Origin: Candidatus Sherwoodlollariibacterium unditelluris
GTDB taxonomy: Bacteria > Omnitrophota > Gorgyraeia > Gygaellales > Profunditerraquicolaceae
Length of the DNA: 46,584 nucleotides
Direction: 5' to 3'
Assembly (NCBI GenBank): GCA_002771995.1
Contig: PCRK01000006.1
Location: 6,687 to 53,270 of the forward strand
The number at the start of each line of letters is the position of its first letter. Positions within the stretch are counted from its first letter, which is position 1. Below are positions 17,412 through 26,473 of this stretch, piece by piece. The translations under genes and the position numbers were made by a program. Below the pieces are notes generated by a model. That model was not told the DNA's origin. It ran no database searches and saw only the letters and a list, made by a program, of their open reading frames with translations.

Positions 17412-17536
17412 GTTAGTAGTGAGTAGAGAGAATTGCTAAATTACAATACCAAAATTCCAAACTAAAGTTTTTTAGTTTTGGGTATTGGGATTTTGGATTT
17501 GGAATTTTACCATTCTCTCTACTCCGCTTTTTACAA

Positions 17537-17809
17537 CTATTTCTGCTCTCGGTATGCAGTCATTACTGTGTCAACCAGCCTTTGTTTGGCCTCCGGAGTG
17601 ACAGTATAGAAGCAATCGAACCACTTTCCCTGTTTGGATTTCTCCCTGGGCATGCTGACAAATAGCCCCTTTTCCCCTTCGACGACCTTAAAACCTTTAA
17701 CTATGTAATCGCCGATAGCCACATCTACAAAGGCCTTCGCTGTTGAATCTCCTTCGTAGCGGTATAGCCGTACCACCTTTAGATCCTGTTCTTGAATCAT
17801 CCCAATCAC
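17537..17809 (-). CDS. spoVG: SpoVG-like protein
   Basis: 90-aa ORF. The pattern KAFVDVAIGDYIVKGFKVVEGEKGLFVSMP matches the SpoVG fold consensus. It has a strong SD (GAAGGAGGTGA). Confidence 0.75.
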   Translation of the reverse strand: MIGMIQEQDLKVVRLYRYEGDSTAKAFVDVAIGDYIVKGFKVVEGEKGLFVSMPREKSKQGKWFDCFYTVTPEAKQRLVDTVMTAYREQK

Positions 17810-17837
17810 CTCCTTCTATATTAATAGACGAAGGAGG
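17809..17837 (-). promoter_or_regulatory. SD-sequestering hairpin in the spoVG leader
   Basis: The minus strand reads CCUCCUUC-13 nt-GAAGGAGG. The 3' arm is the spoVG Shine-Dalgarno sequence, 8 nt before the ATG. Confidence 0.5.
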
Positions 17838-17941
17838 CAGCAAAATCTAACTAATTAAATTAAACCAACAATGCATTTTAATATTGGTTTAATTTATCCT
17901 GAGGAGCAAAGCGACGAAGGATCTCTGAGAGAACCTTCGCT

Positions 17942-19006
17942 TTAAGTAATTCTCCTTAAGTAATTTTTATAATTCTCTTTAATGTCTCCCAGGGAATCCG
18001 AGCCAAATTTCTCCAACATTGCATCGGCTAAGACATAAGCGCAGCTAGACTCAGCCACAACCCCGGCAGCGCTAACTACACAAGTGTCCGAGCGCTCTAC
18101 AGCCGCTTTGGAAGGCCGATTGGTCTTAATATTAACCGAATCCAACGGGTTCATCAAAGTAGATATGGGCTTCATACAGGCGCGAATGACTAATTCCTCG
18201 CCGTTAGAGACCCCGCCTTCAATGCCGCCGGCATTATTAGTTTTACGGAAATATCTCTTAGGGACAATCCCCTGCGGGGACAGTCCCTTACCACGATAAA
18301 TCGCATCATGCACCTCGGAACCGAAACTTACGGCATAGCCAAACCCTAAACCAATCTCCAGCGCCTTTATCCCGGGGATAGACATTACCGCCTGAGCAAG
18401 GCGTCCATCTAATCTTTCATCCGGCTGGACATAACTACCTAAACCCACAGGGAGGCCTTTAGCCCTAACTTCAAATATGCCTCCCACCGTATCCTTGAGC
18501 CTGATGGCTTCACTAATCTTATCTTTCATAGAACCAATGTTATTTTCTCCGCCAATAGATAAAACTCTGCTGGATATTTTTATCTTAAACTCCTCCAAGA
18601 ATATTTTACATATTGCACCTATGCCTACGATTACTGCCGTATTCCTGGCTGAGGCACGCTCTAAAACATTTCTTATATCAGTAAATCCATATTTTAAAAG
18701 TCCGCTTAAATCCGCATGACCCGGACGCGGACAAATTACTTTAGGTAATCTCTCAATACTAAAATCCTTATTTCTAATCAATAAAGTGAGCGGACTTCCT
18801 AAGGTCTTATTATTTTTCAGCCCGGAAAATATTTCGGCGCGGTCATTTTCGATCTGCATACGCACTCCCCGGCCAAAACCCGCCTGCCTGCGTTTTAGTT
18901 CCTGATTGATTTTAGCTAAGTCTATCCTTAGCCCTGCCGACATACCCTCTAATATCGCTACCATCGCCTTTCCGTGCGATTCACCCGCGGTTAGAAACCT
19001 TAACAT
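17942..19006 (-). CDS. aroC: Chorismate synthase
   Basis: MLRFLTAGESHG N-terminus and the RKTNNAGGIEGGVSNG motif. Confidence 0.95.
   Translation of the reverse strand: MLRFLTAGESHGKAMVAILEGMSAGLRIDLAKINQELKRRQAGFGRGVRMQIENDRAEIFSGLKNNKTLGSPLTLLIRNKDFSIERLPKVICPRPGHADLSGLLKYGFTDIRNVLERASARNTAVIVGIGAICKIFLEEFKIKISSRVLSIGGENNIGSMKDKISEAIRLKDTVGGIFEVRAKGLPVGLGSYVQPDERLDGRLAQAVMSIPGIKALEIGLGFGYAVSFGSEVHDAIYRGKGLSPQGIVPKRYFRKTNNAGGIEGGVSNGEELVIRACMKPISTLMNPLDSVNIKTNRPSKAAVERSDTCVVSAAGVVAESSCAYVLADAMLEKFGSDSLGDIKENYKNYLRRIT
18260..18288. repeat. 29-nt GC-rich palindrome inside the aroC coding sequence
   Basis: AGGGACAATCCCCTGCGGGGACAGTCCCT differs at 2 of 29 positions from the intergenic copy at 39206-39234. 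It encodes GLSPQGIVP in frame. Confidence 0.75.
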
Positions 19007-19015
19007 AATTACCTC

Positions 19016-19585
19016 CTAATCTTTCCACAATCCGCGCTTATTTTCGCGCGCTTCCCGATATAATTTCAAAAATAAATCCGCATATTTTACATTCGGCGGA
19101 TAAGTCATTAATGAGGCATAACCCTGTTGGACAATTTCCGCATTCAGGAATGTTCCGTCAAGTAAATAAACATAAGCTAAAATTCTTTTATATCTATCAA
19201 ATCTTTCTACATCAAATTCCAATCTTACGCGTTTACCCTCAACAATTTTTTTTGTAAATTCATAAGACCGCCTGCCCAATTGTTTAATTGTCTCAACATC
19301 CTGGCCCGAACGTTGAGCATCCCGGTTAAGCTTATTCGATTCATGCATTTCGGGCGTGTCAATCCCGATTAAACGCACCCTCTCCCCATTCTCCAGAAGA
19401 AGGGTATCTCCGTCAACCGCCCTCTTGACCAAAATCTTCGTATAATCATAAGCCTTGCCGATAGGTATCCTGAACTTTACCTCTTCCTTAGGATAAGAGG
19501 GAGGTTCCAGATCCGCGGCGCATAGATAACCGCCAAAAATTAATATGCCTAACGTCAGAATCAAAATAACTTTAAGATATTTCAA
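19016..19585 (-). CDS. Secreted thermonuclease (SNase family)
   Basis: Signal/TM segment followed by the DGDTLLLENGERVRLIGIDTPE motif. TTG start preceded by AAGGAGGG. Confidence 0.85.
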   Translation of the reverse strand: MKYLKVILILTLGILIFGGYLCAADLEPPSYPKEEVKFRIPIGKAYDYTKILVKRAVDGDTLLLENGERVRLIGIDTPEMHESNKLNRDAQRSGQDVETIKQLGRRSYEFTKKIVEGKRVRLEFDVERFDRYKRILAYVYLLDGTFLNAEIVQQGYASLMTYPPNVKYADLFLKLYREARENKRGLWKD

Positions 19586-19708
19586 CTTTACCCTCCTTGA
19601 GCACCTTAAGCTTTGATCTAGCGAAACTTCGACGAGTGCGTTAAAATTTTATTTTCGAAATTTTAACGCATCTTACGAGTCGAAGCCGGACACCTTAATC
19701 CACTTAGT

Positions 19709-20914
19709 TCATTCTACTATTTTTATTAGGTGAACTACCCGTTCCCTGTGAGGAAACAGGCTTCTTGGTTCATGGTTCAGTCTATTGAGCAAACTCCCCA
19801 AGCGTTGATTCCCGTAGTTCCTACGGTATTCTTCTATTCCAAGTTTTAGTATATTTATGGACGCATTCTCATCTCTGTCCATATCTATACCACATTTACT
19901 ACATTTGTGCCTTCTCACCCACAATGCCTTATGGACTATTTCGCCACATCCACTGCATATCTGTGATGTATTGCGCGGAGATACTGGCAGGGCATATTTG
20001 CCACACTCATCTGTTTTATACAGAAGTTTCTGGCAGAATCCGTTCCATGCCACATCACTGATGCTCTTGGCTAAATAGCGATTCTTAACCATATTCTTTA
20101 CCGCCAAGTCCTCGTAGGCAATCAGTTCATATTTATCAACTAATCTTCTACTTAACTTATGAGTAAAATCATTTCGTTGACTCCTTATCTTACAATGAAT
20201 TTTTGCCACAATCTTTTTTTGTTTCTTTCTATTATTAGAATCTTTTTTCTTGCGTGATAGCCATCGCTGTTGTCTGGCTAATTTTATTTCAGAATTTCTA
20301 AACCATCTTGGATTATCTATCTTTTCTCCGTTACTCAAAGTAGCAAATGAATCCAATCCCAAATCAATACCAATAGCAGTTTTTATCGGCCTGTTTTCTA
20401 TCTCTTTGTTTTTTATCTCCAAAGAAAAACAAGCATACCATTGATTTCCTTCTTTTATTATCAAACAAGTTTTAATTGTCCCTTTAATTGGTCTATGAAG
20501 TTTAATTTTAATATTGCCTATTTTAGAAAGATGAAGTTTATTACCTTTAATTTCAAAACCAGATTGCGGGTAACAAATAGAGTTATAGGAATCTCTGCCT
20601 TTGAAATGCGGAAATCCCGCCTTTTGATGTTTTTCTATTCTGCCAAAAAATGCCTTAAAAGATTTATCTAATCTTCTTAAAACATCTTGTTGTGTTTGAG
20701 AATGAACTGATTGATATTCAGGGAATGACTTCTTCAATTCTGGTAGTTGGTTTATCTGGTCATAACAGGAGATAGATTTACGAGATTGTTTATATGCAAA
20801 TATTTTCTGTTCTAATGCAATATTATATAGACGACGGCACAATTCAATATCCGAAAGTAGTTTCTGGAGCTGTTTTTTATTAAGATATATTCTATATTTA
20901 AAAGTTCTTGTCAT
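19709..20914 (-). CDS. tnpB: TnpB (RuvC-like RNA-guided nuclease of IS200/IS605)
   Basis: Starts MTRTFKYRIYLNKKQ. RuvC triad candidates are IGIDLG, IAYEDL and DRDENASINI. Zn finger CSGCG..CSKCG is present. The track ORF extends to 20998, but the ATG at 20914 overlaps the tnpA stop and fits the family N-terminus. Confidence 0.9.
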   Translation of the reverse strand: MTRTFKYRIYLNKKQLQKLLSDIELCRRLYNIALEQKIFAYKQSRKSISCYDQINQLPELKKSFPEYQSVHSQTQQDVLRRLDKSFKAFFGRIEKHQKAGFPHFKGRDSYNSICYPQSGFEIKGNKLHLSKIGNIKIKLHRPIKGTIKTCLIIKEGNQWYACFSLEIKNKEIENRPIKTAIGIDLGLDSFATLSNGEKIDNPRWFRNSEIKLARQQRWLSRKKKDSNNRKKQKKIVAKIHCKIRSQRNDFTHKLSRRLVDKYELIAYEDLAVKNMVKNRYLAKSISDVAWNGFCQKLLYKTDECGKYALPVSPRNTSQICSGCGEIVHKALWVRRHKCSKCGIDMDRDENASINILKLGIEEYRRNYGNQRLGSLLNRLNHEPRSLFPHRERVVHLIKIVE

Positions 20915-21306
20915 AGATTTTTTTGTTCTGCAATATATTTTCTTATTGTTTCTGATGTTACAGTTCCCGCAGAACCTATGAAATATGTGCGAGTCCACAA
21001 TTCATCTTTTATTATTTTCTTTAACTGTAAGAATTCTTGTCTCATTTTTCTACTTGAATATCCTTTAATTATATTAACTATTTCTGAAGGAGACCACCTG
21101 GGCGGAGCTGAAATGAAAAGATGAATATGGTCAGGCATTATTTCTAATGCTAAAATAGAAATATTATTTCTTATACAAGACTCTCTTATTATCTCTCCTA
21201 ATCTCAATTCCATTTGGCCAGTAAACAATTTTTTTCTATATTTAGGGATCCAGGCAATATGGTAATTTAGATTGTAAATACTGTATCTCGTTTTATTAAC
21301 ATTCAT
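20911..21306 (-). CDS. tnpA: IS200/IS605 family Y1 (HUH) transposase TnpA
   Basis: 131 aa, with the HUH motif PDHIHLFIS and a C-terminal Tyr region ETIRKYI. Confidence 0.9.
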   Translation of the reverse strand: MNVNKTRYSIYNLNYHIAWIPKYRKKLFTGQMELRLGEIIRESCIRNNISILALEIMPDHIHLFISAPPRWSPSEIVNIIKGYSSRKMRQEFLQLKKIIKDELWTRTYFIGSAGTVTSETIRKYIAEQKNL

Positions 21307-21421
21307 ACCTATATTGTATACCTATTTAATATTTCGTCAATAAAAATCAGAAAATATTTTTATGAGAGAGGTAATGCAAGAATTATTTCTATTGGCAAAG
21401 ATATAATTTCCAATTATAATA

Positions 21422-23308
21422 ATGTTTATGATTTACGACCGTTTCCAAAAAGAGGCAATTGGTTATATTAACGAGGGGTTCTCAGTCATTGTCTCAGCGC
21501 CTACTGGAGCGGGAAAAACCGCGATTGCCGAACATGTAATCACGACCTCCTTAGAAAAAAAGATAGGCGTAATCTATACCGCGCCGATTAAGGCCCTCTC
21601 TAACCAAAAGTTCCGCGATTTTCAGGGCCAATTCAAAGATAATATCGGCATATTAACCGGAGATGTATCGCTAAACCCTTTCGCCCCGGTTTTAATCATG
21701 ACCACCGAAATATTCCGCAATAAAATCTTAGATGAGCCGCAGACCCTAGAAAGATATTCTTGGGTAATATTTGACGAGATTCATTATATTGATAATCCTG
21801 AACGCGGGACAGTCTGGGAAGAATCACTTATGTTCCTGCCTAAGCATATGAATATATTAGGGCTATCCGCGACCATACCCAATATTAAACAATTCGCCTC
21901 CTGGATTGAATCCATACATAATAAGCCGATAAAAACCGTAATTGAGGAAAAACGCCCGGTTCCCCTGCACTTTTTCTTTCAGGCGGGAAATGAAGTAGTA
22001 GATAAAATAGAGCAGCTTAAAAGATTTAAATTCGGTAAACCCAATAAATTATACGGGCTCATAAATTATGTGCGTAATCAAGAGGGGCTGCCCTGCATAT
22101 ATTTTGTCTTTGGCCGAAGGCGCGCTGAAGAATTAGCCGCGGAATTAGCCAGTATAAACTTTTTGAACAAAGACGAAAGAATACAAATTACCGGACTCTA
22201 TAATTCCCTCTGTGAACGCTTTGGCTTAAAAACCGACCGCACTGCGCAGGATTTATACCAGCTTGTGCAACAAGGCATTGCCTACCACCACGCCGGGATG
22301 CTTCCTACCTTAAAAGAGGTAATTGAAAGGCTATTCACCAGCCGGCTCATAAAAGTTATCTTTACCACGGAAACATTCGCCCTGGGTATAAATATGCCGT
22401 CTCGTTCGGTTATCTTTGATGGGCTGCGTAAATTTTACGGCCGCTATGTGCGCAACTTAAAAACGCGGGATTTTTACCAGATGGCCGGGCGCGCAGGCAG
22501 GCGCGGCATAGACACAGAAGGCTTTGTTTATTCCCGCATCAACCTTCAGAAGATAAGGATTGATGAAGCAAAACGCATAATCTTTGGCCCCCCTGAAGAA
22601 GTAAGAAGCCAGCTGAATAATTCTTACGCTACGATACTTAACCTCTATGAAAAATATAAAGACGAGCTCTTTAAGGTTTATTCTTCATCGCTGCATTATT
22701 TTCAGTCGCGTAAAAACGACCAAAAAGAGGCCTTAATGCTAATTGAAGCAAAATTAAAACTACTTAAAGATTGGGGTTACATAGAAGGCAAAAATCTGGC
22801 TCAAAAGGGCCAGTTTGCCAAAACTGCCTATGGCTATGAATTAATTTTAAGCGAGCTTTACGGCCAACAGATTCTAGAACAGCTTGATGAATTTGAATTA
22901 GGCGTAGTTGCCGCGGCTGTTGTCTTTGAGCCGCGTAAAAACCAACGTATACCTTCGGGTCTGTCAAAATCTACGCGCCGGATTAAAAAAACCTGCGAAG
23001 AAATATACGATAAGATTAAAAATAAAGAGCGGAGATTTCGCATTTATCCTTTTAGCAAAATACCTTATTTCCACCTAAGTACAGCTATGGAGGCGTGGCT
23101 GCGTGGGACAACCTTTGATAAAATTCTAAGGCTTAGCGATACTGACGAAGGAGAAGTGGTGCGCTATTTCAGGATGGGTGTGCAGGTCTTACGCGAAATC
23201 TCTGATTCAAAAGCCGCCTCTTACATCTTAAAAGACAAAATCAAAGAAACCATCCGAGTAATTAACCGCGACGTGGTGGACGCCGAAAAACAGCTGCGCG
23301 AAAGCTAA
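21422..23308 (+). CDS. Ski2-like DExH helicase with a DSHCT-like C-terminal domain
   Basis: Motifs APTGAGKT, TAPIKALSNQK, DEIH, SAT and QMAGRAGRRG. The C-terminal WLRGTTFDKILRLSDTDEGEVVRYFR resembles DSHCT. This is the only plus-strand gene. Confidence 0.85.
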   Translation: MFMIYDRFQKEAIGYINEGFSVIVSAPTGAGKTAIAEHVITTSLEKKIGVIYTAPIKALSNQKFRDFQGQFKDNIGILTGDVSLNPFAPVLIMTTEIFRNKILDEPQTLERYSWVIFDEIHYIDNPERGTVWEESLMFLPKHMNILGLSATIPNIKQFASWIESIHNKPIKTVIEEKRPVPLHFFFQAGNEVVDKIEQLKRFKFGKPNKLYGLINYVRNQEGLPCIYFVFGRRRAEELAAELASINFLNKDERIQITGLYNSLCERFGLKTDRTAQDLYQLVQQGIAYHHAGMLPTLKEVIERLFTSRLIKVIFTTETFALGINMPSRSVIFDGLRKFYGRYVRNLKTRDFYQMAGRAGRRGIDTEGFVYSRINLQKIRIDEAKRIIFGPPEEVRSQLNNSYATILNLYEKYKDELFKVYSSSLHYFQSRKNDQKEALMLIEAKLKLLKDWGYIEGKNLAQKGQFAKTAYGYELILSELYGQQILEQLDEFELGVVAAAVVFEPRKNQRIPSGLSKSTRRIKKTCEEIYDKIKNKERRFRIYPFSKIPYFHLSTAMEAWLRGTTFDKILRLSDTDEGEVVRYFRMGVQVLREISDSKAASYILKDKIKETIRVINRDVVDAEKQLRES

Positions 23309-23324
23309 AAAATATGGACGGTTC

Positions 23325-24260
23325 TCAATGTTTTATCTTTAGGTAATCCTCTAAAATCTTTTTGTGGTCAAAGGCAAAATCCAGCTTTTCTATTTCGTTT
23401 AATTTCACTATCCTCAAAGCTTTGGCATCATCCCCTGCATGGGGTTTTCCTTTGGCCTCAGCGATAAAGACCATTGAGATAGTATGAAAACGCGGGTCGC
23501 GCTTAGGGTCAGAATAAGTATGGAACTGCTTAATCTCAGTTAAATCCAACCCTGTTTCTTCCTTGGCCTCTCTTTTTACCGCTGCTTCCAAGCTCTCTCC
23601 ATAATCTACGAATCCTCCGGGAAGCGCAAGACCAAAAGGAGGATTGCTTCTCTCAATAATCACTATGCCATCAGCAACTTCAATTATAGCGTCAACCGTA
23701 GTAAAAGGCCCATTCTGCAGTTTATAAAGAATGTGCTCAAGGTATTTCATAACGCCTTTATTAAAAATATCATAGGCATCTTTATCATAAAGACAGAATA
23801 CTATCTCCTTGATTCTTGAGCCTTCTTCTCTTAAATAACGCCATACCTCCTGCGCCATAATTTTAGCGGAGGCCAATAACGGGAAACCGCCTGTGCCGCA
23901 GCCTAAGGCGGGGAAAACAATTGAATGAACTCCTAATTCATCGGCAACTTTTAGAGAATTTCTACAGGAACTACGGATTTTTGTTTCATCAGTTTCAAAA
24001 TTCATGCCCATAGTGGCGGCATGAATAACATATTTCGCCCTTAGGCTGCCGGCAGAAGTGAAAATAGCCTCGCCTATACCTATGGGGCACTTTTTTACCG
24101 CCTCATCTTCAATAATCTTACCGCCTTTTTTCTTTATCGCGCCTGCCACCCCTCCACCCATAACTCCCTTATTATTAGCGGCGTTAACAATGACATCTGC
24201 CTTAAAATCCGTAATATCACCCAGCACAACTTTGATTTCAGTGTCTTTAATTCTCATCAT
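23325..24260 (-). CDS. Macro domain plus Nudix hydrolase fusion protein
   Basis: Macro motifs are [18 protein letters not shown] and ALGCGTGG. The Nudix box is [24 protein letters not shown]. Confidence 0.85.
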   Translation of the reverse strand: MMRIKDTEIKVVLGDITDFKADVIVNAANNKGVMGGGVAGAIKKKGGKIIEDEAVKKCPIGIGEAIFTSAGSLRAKYVIHAATMGMNFETDETKIRSSCRNSLKVADELGVHSIVFPALGCGTGGFPLLASAKIMAQEVWRYLREEGSRIKEIVFCLYDKDAYDIFNKGVMKYLEHILYKLQNGPFTTVDAIIEVADGIVIIERSNPPFGLALPGGFVDYGESLEAAVKREAKEETGLDLTEIKQFHTYSDPKRDPRFHTISMVFIAEAKGKPHAGDDAKALRIVKLNEIEKLDFAFDHKKILEDYLKIKH

Positions 24261-24319
24261 ATCTCCCCTTTTATTAAAATAATTAATAATTAGTAACGGG
24301 TGACGAGGACTGCTTCCGA

Positions 24320-24736
24320 TTACTCTCCTATTATCTTAATTAAAACCCTCTTCTTGCGTTGTCCGTCAAACTCACCGTAAAATATCTGTTCCCACGGCCC
24401 AAAGTCTAACTTGCCTGCGGTAATTGCCACTACCACTTCCCTACCCATAATCGTCCTCTTTAAATGCGCGTCGCCATTATCCTCTCCGGTAAGATTATGC
24501 TGGTATTTATCCTTGCCATACGGAGCAAGCTTTTCAACCCAAACAGCAAAATCCTTATGCAAACCCGCCTCGTCATCATTAATAAAAACCGAGCTGGTAA
24601 TATGCATAGCATTCACCAAACACAGGCCCTCCTTGATACCGCTCTTTGCCACCGCCTCTTCGACCTGCGGGGTAATATTGATAAATTCCTGACGATTCTT
24701 TGTATTAAACCAGAGATATTGGGTGTGGGATTTCAT
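24320..24736 (-). CDS. YjbQ/UPF0047 family protein (secondary thiamine-phosphate synthase-like)
   Basis: 138 aa with [18 protein letters not shown] and [11 protein letters not shown] motifs. Confidence 0.85.
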   Translation of the reverse strand: MKSHTQYLWFNTKNRQEFINITPQVEEAVAKSGIKEGLCLVNAMHITSSVFINDDEAGLHKDFAVWVEKLAPYGKDKYQHNLTGEDNGDAHLKRTIMGREVVVAITAGKLDFGPWEQIFYGEFDGQRKKRVLIKIIGE

Positions 24737-24741
24737 CAGGG

Positions 24742-25473
24742 TTATCTCTTATATCCTCGTTCTTCTAAAGCTGCTAAAAAACCGGGATGCACACGATATC
24801 CCATTTCTAAAGCCTTACTTACATCCTGCCAACTTTTATCGAACTGCCCACTGTGAAAATAAGCAACCCCTCGGTCATTATAACACTGTGCAATAAAATC
24901 TTTTTCCTCCGGATTCATTTCCATTGCTTTATTAAGGTCTTGGATCGCCTTATCATATTCCTTATTCTTTTCATATGCCATTCCCCGGTCATGTATAACA
25001 TAAGCGGGTTTGAGAGAAATTTTTAATGCTTCAGTAAAAAACTCTACGGCTTTCCCATGATCTCCTAACTCGTCATAAGCTGTCGCTTTCTTCTCTAAGG
25101 GAATTGAATCGTTTGGATTATTTTTAATCTCTTGATCACATTTTTCGATAGTCTGACTATAATAAGTATTTTTTGACACTCCGACAAATACGATGCTGAA
25201 AATTATTAAGGCAATCGCCGCTAGAAACGGAATCAGAAGAATTTTTAGATTTCGCTTAATAACACTTATAACTGCCGGTACATACATAACAATACAAAAC
25301 AAGGAGCCTAAAACCAGATACAGATGACTCCACCTCATCCAGTTGTATCCTGACACAAGCGGGCTTCCGGTCTTCCAGCGCATTAAATTACTTAATCCGC
25401 TAACAAAATATAGCAAAAACACGGGTAGCACAAAGAAAAAGCCGGTTATTATTATTCGAAATATTTTTTTCAT
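24742..25473 (-). CDS. Membrane protein with C-terminal TPR repeats
   Basis: About four N-terminal hydrophobic helices, then TPR-like repeats ([38 protein letters not shown]). Confidence 0.7.
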   Translation of the reverse strand: MKKIFRIIITGFFFVLPVFLLYFVSGLSNLMRWKTGSPLVSGYNWMRWSHLYLVLGSLFCIVMYVPAVISVIKRNLKILLIPFLAAIALIIFSIVFVGVSKNTYYSQTIEKCDQEIKNNPNDSIPLEKKATAYDELGDHGKAVEFFTEALKISLKPAYVIHDRGMAYEKNKEYDKAIQDLNKAMEMNPEEKDFIAQCYNDRGVAYFHSGQFDKSWQDVSKALEMGYRVHPGFLAALEERGYKR

Positions 25474-25576
25474 TTCTCCTCCGTATTTAACAGTTATTCT
25501 TTTCTTTTGGACTTATTTTAACACTAATACCCGCCTTATCCTGAACCTGAACCTCGCCACCCTTTTGCATTGAGTT

Positions 25577-25741
25577 CTAATCGTCCGTAAAAACCGAACT
25601 TGTAATATGCATGGCATTTACAAGGCACAGGCCTTCTTTAATACCGCCCTTTCTAATTGCGCTTTCGACTTCTCCGGTTATATTTAAGAACTCCTGTCGC
25701 TTGGCAGTATTAAATATAAGATATTCGGTATGGTTCTTCAT
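25577..25741 (-). pseudogene. Truncated yjbQ paralog (54-codon N-terminal fragment)
   Basis: My own translation gives [54 protein letters not shown]. It aligns closely with residues 1-54 of the full yjbQ at 24320-24736. It is too short to appear in the ORF track. Confidence 0.7.
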
Positions 25742-26436
25742 TATAATTTCTCCAGTGTTAATTTTTTCTCTTTCTGGTCAATCTTAAAACTAAAATTCTT
25801 TAAAAAAGACATACCCAATAGTCCGTCGCCAAAACCAAAATCTCCTTTTTTATCCATCAAAACTGAAGCATCTACATTCCTGGCTTCGGAATTTTCAACT
25901 ATAACACTATCTAAGACAATATGTGCAGCCTCAACTGAACGGCCGTCGGCAACCTGCACTTTCATATCAGGCTTAAGCTTATCCAGATTAATCCCTAATT
26001 TATTAGCGGTATCTCTTGTTAAAAGAATTAGCGACGCGCCGGTATCCAAAACCATGGTTGTCTCAACTTTATTATTTAAGGTAACCCCAATAGTCATGCC
26101 TTTAGCATCATGCGAAAAACTAGCTTTACGCGGTTTACTCTCTTCTTCGGCTTTTTGCTTAGCCAACTTATTATCAAAATTAAGCTTATCCGCCTGCCAA
26201 CGGTTACGCAGAGAATCTGAATCTTTTGGCGAAGATTTAGAAATATCCGCTATCTCGCTCTTTAAGAATTTCACCGAACCCGAACCTACTTCAAAATCAA
26301 CACTTTCCGCGTCTTCTTTTTTAATAATCCCCTCTATACTACGGCCATTCTTAAGCTTAAGCGTATCCGCATAAGCAAAAGAAAACAAAATACTTAAGAA
26401 AAACAAAAAACAATACAGCGCTTGCCCAATTTTCAT
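25741..26436 (-). CDS. Secreted retropepsin-like (clan AA) aspartic protease
   Basis: Signal peptide, an N-terminal SH3-like segment, and the catalytic motif VLDTGAS. Confidence 0.7.
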   Translation of the reverse strand: MKIGQALYCFLFFLSILFSFAYADTLKLKNGRSIEGIIKKEDAESVDFEVGSGSVKFLKSEIADISKSSPKDSDSLRNRWQADKLNFDNKLAKQKAEEESKPRKASFSHDAKGMTIGVTLNNKVETTMVLDTGASLILLTRDTANKLGINLDKLKPDMKVQVADGRSVEAAHIVLDSVIVENSEARNVDASVLMDKKGDFGFGDGLLGMSFLKNFSFKIDQKEKKLTLEKL

Positions 26437-26473
26437 TCTTATCTTCTTTTCTGCCTTTCTTTAACCTGACTAT

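Larger units (their letters stand above)
19600..21420 (-). mobile_element. IS200/IS605-family insertion sequence (tnpA and tnpB); boundaries are approximate
   Basis: The Y1 transposase and TnpB overlap in ATGA. An imperfect subterminal hairpin lies at 19627-19685, just 3' of tnpB. The exact LE and RE ends were not determined. Confidence 0.6.

Noticed and set aside
19709-20998. N-terminal extensions in the ORF track for TnpB (28 extra residues), BFN (30995), the SPFH protein (40236), the LOG protein (44584) and the XerC/D recombinase (13558).
   Set aside because: Internal ATG codons with better SD sequences or canonical family N-termini exist at 20914, 30971, 40206, 44566 and 13555. The extensions run through repeats or upstream genes.
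21307-21421. Promoter call for tnpA (TTGACG-16 nt-TACAAT on the minus strand near 21315-21342), and a left-end hairpin of the IS.
   Set aside because: The -10 candidate ends only ~6 nt before the ATG, which would imply a leaderless transcript. The left-end hairpin is weak. I do not consider this supported enough to annotate.
25730-26374. Long plus-strand ORFs opposite well-supported minus-strand genes. Examples: 25730-26374 (214 aa), 1320-1940, 30427-31083, 28608-29138, 27720-28166, 8034-8465, 34345-34788.
   Set aside because: Each lies antisense to a gene with clear family motifs. Their translations are low-complexity (S/L/P/F-rich) with no recognisable domains. They are typical shadow ORFs in an AT-rich genome.
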